Shown in pieces: positions 34,985 to 36,627 of a stretch of DNA of 36,627 bases. The notes under the pieces were generated by a model that was given only the letters and a program-made list of their open reading frames with translations, had not been told where the DNA came from and did not search any database. The stretch comes from Octopus bimaculoides (lineage: Eukaryota), in assembly GCF_001194135.2 (NCBI RefSeq), contig NC_069003.1, positions 27,391,792-27,428,418 on the forward strand. The letters run 5' to 3'. The translations under genes and the position numbers were made by a program. How positions within the stretch are numbered: position 1 is the stretch's first letter; the number at the start of each line of letters is the position of its first letter.

Positions 34985-35275
34985 GTGCAATCGATATAAA
35001 TCAAAACTGAATTTATTAAAAAACATGCTCATTGTAACGTTTCTGTTCCAGTAGGTAGTGACCAGAGCGGTGATGAGAGCTCGTCTGTCGAGGCACCAGC
35101 TCAGCCACCCCGTCGTCAGTACACTGATAACACCGAAAGGGATATTATCACACCTCTTGATTCTGAGGGGAAACGCCCGTCACGAAAGGATATCCACAAA
35201 GACAGCCGGATGGTAACTCCTTCTTATAGATCCTTAAAGAGGGAGAACATTATCAATGCTTGGTTGAACTGCTGA
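2735..35275 (+). CDS. Multi-exon cadherin-superfamily type I membrane protein (5'-incomplete; 26 exons; about 2038 aa; N-terminal unknown module + about 16 EC-like repeats + TM + about 160 aa tail)
   Basis: 26 segments, each bounded by AG/GT, join with compatible phases into one open frame (6119 nt = 2 + 2039 codons including stop). Repeated cadherin motifs (PE/KEN, DxD, LD[YF]E, SDG/DKG, DxNE.P, DVNDNAP) and a hydrophobic TM stretch are present. No start codon or signal-peptide exon was found. Confidence 0.9.
3546..3624 (+). CDS. Exon 2 (phase 1-2): N-terminal module, part 2
   Basis: ttttctacag acceptor and TG|gtatgg donor. Encodes [27 protein letters not shown], in phase with exons 1 and 3. 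Confidence 0.78.
3751..4150 (-). mobile_element. Tc1-like transposon relic (N-terminal HTH region)
   Basis: ATG at 4094 on the minus strand begins [30 protein letters not shown]..., a typical Tc1 paired-like HTH start. It is interrupted by a stop. Confidence 0.72.
4519..4685 (+). CDS. Exon 3 (phase 2-1): N-terminal module, part 3
   Basis: tttattag acceptor and G|gtaggt donor. Encodes [13 protein letters not shown]...[19 protein letters not shown]. Confidence 0.8.
4703..5008. repeat. (GAT)-derived minisatellite with 10/20-bp periodicity (GATTGATGGT GATTGATGAT)
   Basis: Directly visible. Source of the His/Ile-rich spurious ORFs. Confidence 0.92.
5250..5426 (+). CDS. Exon 4 (phase 1-1): first half of EC1
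   Basis: cccacag acceptor and G|gtatat donor. Encodes [17 protein letters not shown]...IKAHDDD...FHLNSES. Confidence 0.87.
6020..6168 (+). CDS. Exon 5 (phase 1-0): second half of EC1
   Basis: attttag acceptor and GAG|gtaagt donor. Encodes [26 protein letters not shown]...PLQE. Confidence 0.87.
6405..6987 (-). mobile_element. Three tandem copies of a SINE-like repeat (family D)
   Basis: Reverse complements of GGCAGTGAGCTGGCAGAATC...TTCTGAGTTCAAATTCC...GACTTTGCCTTTCATCC at about 6405-6607, 6612-6838 and 6852-6987. Other copies on + at about 14745, 15858, 21428, 28270, 32900 and 34505. Confidence 0.75.
7243..7423 (+). CDS. Exon 6 (phase 0-1): first half of degenerate EC2
   Basis: atttgcag acceptor and A|gtgagt donor. 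Encodes [18 protein letters not shown]...TFPFI. Confidence 0.82.
7494..7710. mobile_element. MITE-like element with about 60-bp TIRs and an internal tRNA T-arm-like hairpin
   Basis: 7494-7553 is the reverse complement of 7650-7710. Interior 7618-7636 reads GTGGG-TTCAAGT-CCCAC on the minus strand. Confidence 0.6.
8217..8378 (+). CDS. Exon 7 (phase 1-1): second half of EC2 and start of EC3
   Basis: atttcag acceptor and G|gtaagt donor. Encodes [10 protein letters not shown]...VITCFDG...[12 protein letters not shown]. Confidence 0.85.
9380..10330 (-). mobile_element. Tc1/mariner DD37D-type transposase pseudogene
   Basis: Minus-strand translation VFVDEKK...NHRN...[14 protein letters not shown]...DSAP...[13 protein letters not shown], with 37 residues between the second and third Asp. 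Multiple stops and frameshifts. Ends approximate. Confidence 0.85.
10893..11058. mobile_element. hAT-type MITE nested in a SINE
   Basis: 15-bp TIRs CACTAGCGTAGCTAG / CTAACTATGCTAGTG. 8-bp flanks GCCCCAGT and GCACCAAT (6/8 identical), consistent with a hAT target-site duplication. Confidence 0.7.
11415..11552 (+). CDS. Exon 8 (phase 1-1): EC3 part
   Basis: ttttccag acceptor and T|gtaagt donor. Encodes [46 protein letters not shown]. Not in the ORF track; found by hand. Confidence 0.85.
11604..12013. mobile_element. piggyBac-type MITE (11604-11799) plus an abutting partial second copy (to 12013)
   Basis: TTAA|CCCTTTAGCATT ... AATGCTAAAGGG|TTAA termini. The second copy shares the internal sequence and ends AGG|TTAA. 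Confidence 0.78.
13291..13413 (+). CDS. Exon 9 (phase 1-1): EC3 second half
   Basis: ctttatag acceptor and G|gtaaga donor. Encodes [41 protein letters not shown]. Confidence 0.83.
13452..13680. mobile_element. piggyBac-type MITE, same family
   Basis: ATAA|CCCTTTAGTATT ... AATGCTAAAGGG|TTAA, colinear with 11604-11799. Confidence 0.78.
13992..14340 (-). mobile_element. Retroposon-like repeat (family E) ending in a (GAT)n tail
   Basis: Reverse complement of 32080-32420. A partial copy lies at 23585-23850. Contains internal duplicated GCCAGT..GGCAACGAC units. Orientation inferred from the tail. Confidence 0.72.
14422..14598 (+). CDS. Exon 10 (phase 1-1): EC4 first half
   Basis: tccttag acceptor and T|gtaagt donor (alternative in-phase donor 6 nt upstream). 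Encodes [10 protein letters not shown]...YVKENT...GSDFDDD...YFSLSK. Confidence 0.88.
15477..15667 (+). CDS. Exon 11 (phase 1-0): EC4 second half
   Basis: tttgtag acceptor and TCG|gtaaga donor. Encodes [13 protein letters not shown]...NDG...DINEPPQF...YENS. Confidence 0.92.
16378..16552 (+). mobile_element. tRNA-headed SINE with CORE-like segment (family B)
   Basis: TGGCTTAGTGGTTAGAG...TTCGATCCC head followed by GTGTTCTTGAGCAAAACACTT, resembling the CORE/MIR TGTGACCTTGGGCAAG motif. Copies at 22183-22402 and 23426-23581. Confidence 0.7.
16668..17100 (+). CDS. Exon 12 (phase 0-1): module 1 long exon (EC5 + first half EC6)
   Basis: atttcag acceptor and A|gtaaga donor; 433 nt. Encodes YDPDQLD...FAVNYD...DKSG...KPLNWKP...PEN...DADKMD. 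Confidence 0.93.
17991..18297. repeat. Head-to-head inverted pair of an unclassified interspersed repeat
   Basis: 18060-18164 is a near-perfect reverse complement of 18193-18297. Further copies at 18707-18838 and 25748-25903. Confidence 0.9.
18414..18607 (+). CDS. Exon 13 (phase 1-0): module 1 short exon
   Basis: gctacag acceptor and AAG|gtatgt donor. Encodes TGAVSL...LDFE...NDG...DVNEAPVF. Confidence 0.93.
19898..20327 (+). CDS. Exon 14 (phase 0-1): module 2 long exon
   Basis: tcctcag acceptor and A|gtaagt donor; 430 nt. Encodes SDPDLND...LDYN...DRGG...RSLNKAP...DPDSED. Confidence 0.93.
20823..21013 (+). CDS. Exon 15 (phase 1-0): module 2 short exon
   Basis: ttgttaag acceptor and AAG|gtattt donor. 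Encodes [13 protein letters not shown]...SDG...DSNEPPYF. Confidence 0.92.
21060..21368 (-). mobile_element. RLE-type LINE endonuclease fragment interrupted by a microsatellite
   Basis: Minus strand encodes [47 protein letters not shown] (decayed PD-(D/E)xK region). Abuts (TTA)n at 21369-21425. Confidence 0.75.
21722..22148 (+). CDS. Exon 16 (phase 0-1): module 3 long exon
   Basis: cttttag acceptor and A|gtaagt donor; 427 nt. Encodes EPDQGD...FAVNYS...DSSG...KAKNRIP...DADKD. Confidence 0.93.
22183..22402 (+). mobile_element. tRNA-headed SINE (family B)
   Basis: Same head and core as 16378-16552. Confidence 0.7.
22460..22656 (+). CDS. Exon 17 (phase 1-0): module 3 short exon
   Basis: attacag acceptor and AAG|gtgagt donor. 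Encodes SGKLF...LNYE...SDG...DVNEAPHF. Confidence 0.93.
23137..23294 (+). CDS. Exon 18 (phase 0-2): module 4 long exon, 5' piece
   Basis: taacag acceptor and AG|gtaatg donor. Encodes [20 protein letters not shown]...[16 protein letters not shown]. Read-through hits TAA immediately. Confidence 0.9.
23426..23581 (+). mobile_element. tRNA-headed SINE (family B)
   Basis: Same head and core as 16378 and 22183. Confidence 0.65.
23890..24272 (-). mobile_element. Tc1-like deletion derivative with one intact TIR
   Basis: Reverse complement starts CAGGGGTTGGACAAAATAATGGAAACAC (Tc1-type TIR) and encodes [38 protein letters not shown]. The left boundary is approximate. Confidence 0.8.
24312..24583 (+). 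CDS. Exon 19 (phase 2-1): module 4 long exon, 3' piece
   Basis: attatag acceptor and A|gtaagt donor. Encodes [17 protein letters not shown]...HSINNVP...PEN...DNDPWD. Exons 18+19 total 430 nt. Confidence 0.9.
25944..26140 (+). CDS. Exon 20 (phase 1-0): module 4 short exon
   Basis: gttttag acceptor and TCG|gtgagt donor. Encodes SGFLYL...LDYE...SDG...DVNEAPEF. Confidence 0.93.
26181..26610 (+). mobile_element. SINE-like repeat (family C) with internal (TG)n tract
   Basis: GGCATGGCTGTGTGGTTAAGAAGC...GGTTCAGTCCCAC...GGCACCTTGGG. Related copies at 5010-5138 (+), 10800-11348 (-), 20425-20750 (+, 3' part), 26900-27078 (-) and 33045-33356 (-). Confidence 0.72.
27164..27593 (+). CDS. Exon 21 (phase 0-1): module 5 long exon
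   Basis: atttccag acceptor and A|gtaagt donor; 430 nt. Encodes FDQDADD...FAVNYD...DTKG...SHLNRIP...PEN...DPDPND. Confidence 0.93.
28473..28663 (+). CDS. Exon 22 (phase 1-0): module 5 short exon
   Basis: ccaccag acceptor and TCT|gtaagt donor. Encodes SGAVTL...LNYE...YDG...NINEAPYF. Confidence 0.92.
28849..28920 (-). pseudogene. tRNA-Thr(UGU)-like pseudogene flanked by about 21-bp inverted repeats
   Basis: Minus strand folds as a cloverleaf: D-stem GTTT/AAAC, anticodon stem CTTGA/TCA(C)AG with loop CATGTAA, T-arm GTGAG-TTCGAGT-CTCAT. Position 33 is A instead of U, and there are bulges in the anticodon and acceptor stems. Confidence 0.55.
29276..30105 (+). CDS. Exon 23 (phase 0-2): EC15, EC16, stalk, TM helix and juxtamembrane tail
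   Basis: In-frame AG at 29274-75. Encodes QDPDRND...VDYD...DKGG...DVNDNAP...DFD...DKG, then [25 protein letters not shown] followed by basic [10 protein letters not shown]. Donor AG|gtaaat; read-through gives stop TAA at 30107-09. Confidence 0.92.
30110..30910. repeat. Compound (GA)n/(GT)n microsatellite field with an internal duplication
   Basis: The segment TAGGAAGGTTAGCA.TATATATCTGGAA occurs at about 30250 and again at about 30400 among GA/GT tracts. Confidence 0.88.
31193..31572 (+). mobile_element. tRNA-derived SINE (family A)
   Basis: Colinear with 212-560 along its full length, with two short segments absent from that copy. Confidence 0.85.
32080..32420 (+). mobile_element. Retroposon-like repeat (family E) with (GAT)n tail
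   Basis: ...GGTTGGCGTTAGGAAGGGCATC...GGAAAGCGGACGTTAAACGATGATGATGAT, matching 13992-14340 in reverse complement. Confidence 0.72.
32728..32832 (+). CDS. Exon 24 (phase 2-2, 105 nt): cytoplasmic tail
   Basis: ttttatag acceptor and AA|gtaagt donor. Open frame [34 protein letters not shown] in an otherwise very AT-rich intron. Confidence 0.68.
32900..33040 (+). mobile_element. SINE-like repeat (family D)
   Basis: GAGCTGGCAGAATCGTTAGCATGCC...TTCTGAGTTTAAATTCCACCGAGGTCGACTTTGC, shared with about nine other loci in the window. Confidence 0.7.
33045..33356 (-). mobile_element. SINE-like repeat (family C)
   Basis: Reverse complement of the 26181-type element (CTATAGTAGAAGACACTTGCCCAAGGTGCC...GAACCCAGAACCATGTGG). 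Confidence 0.72.
33612..34503. repeat. Microsatellite fields (TAG)n, (CT)n, (TA/CATA/TATC)n, (TAT)n flanking exon 25
   Basis: Directly visible. Exon 25 (33769-33827) lies within this span. Confidence 0.9.
33769..33827 (+). CDS. Exon 25 (phase 2-1): cytoplasmic tail
   Basis: tatttcag acceptor and G|gtgaaa donor. Encodes [20 protein letters not shown] and bridges the phases of exons 24 and 26. Confidence 0.58.
35052..35275 (+). CDS. Exon 26 (probable last coding exon)
   Basis: ccag/tag tandem acceptor. GC-richer open frame [23 protein letters not shown]...[11 protein letters not shown] ending TGA, followed by TAA. AATAAA at 35498-35503. Confidence 0.66.
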
Positions 35276-35429
35276 TAATATAGATAGGCAAAGGAAGTTT
35301 TGCATTACAAGCATTTTACCAAGGCATATGTACATATATACACACGCACGCACACACACACATTTATATATATGAATATTTATATCCGTGTTTATATATG
35401 CATGTATATCCATACCTATATGTTTGTTT

Positions 35430-35481
<52 letters not shown>

Positions 35482-35702
35482 TGTTCAAATGTACACAAAT
35501 AAAAGAAAAACAGAAGACAGTGACAGGTGATGGAACAAGCAAGGTTTATTAGTTTGACACTCAGGAAAATTGGGAGAAGTCTTTGACAGTTTGGTCTTAC
35601 GCTCTTCGACAGAAAGGAATGAGGAAAGAAACGGAGAGTAAAATATGTCATGATTAGCGGTTTCACATATCGAATTTGTAGATAGATAGATAGATAAATA
35701 GA

Positions 35703-35734
<32 letters not shown>

Positions 35735-35736
35735 CG

Positions 35737-36216
35737 GGAATAAATGTAAGGACAAACAAGTTAGGCAAGTCGATATACAAAAAATATTAAACACACTTAA
35801 TACAAAAAATGTACAAATGTATACATATAAAAAAGTTTGACTTGCACAGAATAGCAATGATATCAGGAATTAAAGGGGTTGAATATGTTTTACGAGTCCA
35901 ACAGCTGTTTTGTGGGGATTGGTGGTCCAAAATAATGTAACTTGCTTCTATCATCGGATTACACCAGCCCCCGTCTTCAGGGAAGAATTTTACATTTGTG
36001 GTGTTGGCAGAATGGAGTTTAAAGACGGAATCTTTTGGACCACCAAGCCTCCAGAAACAGCTGTTTATTCAACTCCTTTAATTCCTTGATATAAACTTAC
36101 CTCTGTGTAAGTCGAACTTTTTTATATGTATACATATGTATATTTTTTTGTATTAAATGTATTTGTTATTTTTTGTATATCGACTTGCCTGGCTTGCTTG
36201 TCCTTACATTTACTCC
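35737..36216. repeat. Long imperfect inverted repeat (about 190-bp arms, about 100-bp spacer), MITE/foldback-like
   Basis: 35737-35932 pairs with 36033-36216 (e.g. AAATGTAAGGACAA..GGCAAGTCGATATACAAAAAATA and GGAATTAAAGG.GTTGAATA..TTGGTGGTCCAAAA versus their reverse complements). Confidence 0.85.
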
Positions 36217-36627
36217 TCTAACTGCTCAAGTTCAAACCTCTTGAGTACTACGAAGTGTATTCTATTCAAAGAATATCTATCCCTAATCTATAAACTACAT
36301 GCATATACATACATATAGATATACACACACATACACACACACACACATACACATACATGTGTAAGTGATTAAACGAAGGAAAGTGGCACTCAGAATATTT
36401 GGTATAAGTTACATATATTATTTAGTAAGTTTAACTCATCAGGATGAGCCTATTACATCAGATATCAGAGTAACAGAACTTGAGAAAATTCAGTATGGTT
36501 TCTAAGTGTTAGGCCTCAATGAATCAGCTCAGATATTAGACCTCTCATAATCATTTCTATTAATCGACCTAGGGCACGTGGTGCTTTTACTGCTGAAGCG
36601 ACATCAGTTTCTTTCCCTATTCTTAGG

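Noticed and set aside
2735-35275. Calling the gene a cephalopod clustered protocadherin, or assigning Fat/Dachsous/CDH23/N-cadherin symbols
   Set aside because: It has 16 ECs over more than 20 small exons, no EGF/LamG domain and no recognisable catenin-binding or protocadherin tail motif. Orthology cannot be established without a search.
25-36627. Most ORF-track entries (poly-[12 protein letters not shown], poly-H/I/V/S and X-rich ORFs)
   Set aside because: They are translations of microsatellites or run through N gaps, with no coding signal.

Overview
AT-rich, microsatellite- and SINE-dense eukaryotic genomic DNA with several N gaps. The repeat families look like those of Octopus (coleoid cephalopod); this is an inference from memory of the repeats. 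The window is dominated by one + strand, 5'-incomplete, multi-exon gene. I could splice it by hand into 26 GT-AG exons (2735..35275, 6119 nt, about 2038 codons, frame open throughout). The predicted protein is a single-pass cadherin-superfamily protein: an unrecognised beta-rich N-terminal module, about 16 cadherin (EC)-like repeats, a transmembrane helix and a charged low-complexity tail of about 160 aa. It has no EGF/LamG domain and I could not recognise catenin-binding or protocadherin tail motifs. EC5-EC14 are five ancient tandem copies of a two-exon, two-domain module. Canonical Ca2+-binding linkers (DxNE.P) strictly alternate with basic, acid-depleted linkers, and one module has an extra intron. 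The introns hold many SINE-like repeats, RLE-type LINE fragments, Tc1/mariner relics (one DD37D), piggyBac- and hAT-type MITEs, a tRNA-like pseudogene inside inverted repeats and several long inverted repeats. A decayed hammerhead-like motif lies downstream of the stop codon. No CRISPR, rRNA or functional tRNA was found. Exon coordinates were derived manually from splice motifs and phase; the last three exons are less certain.
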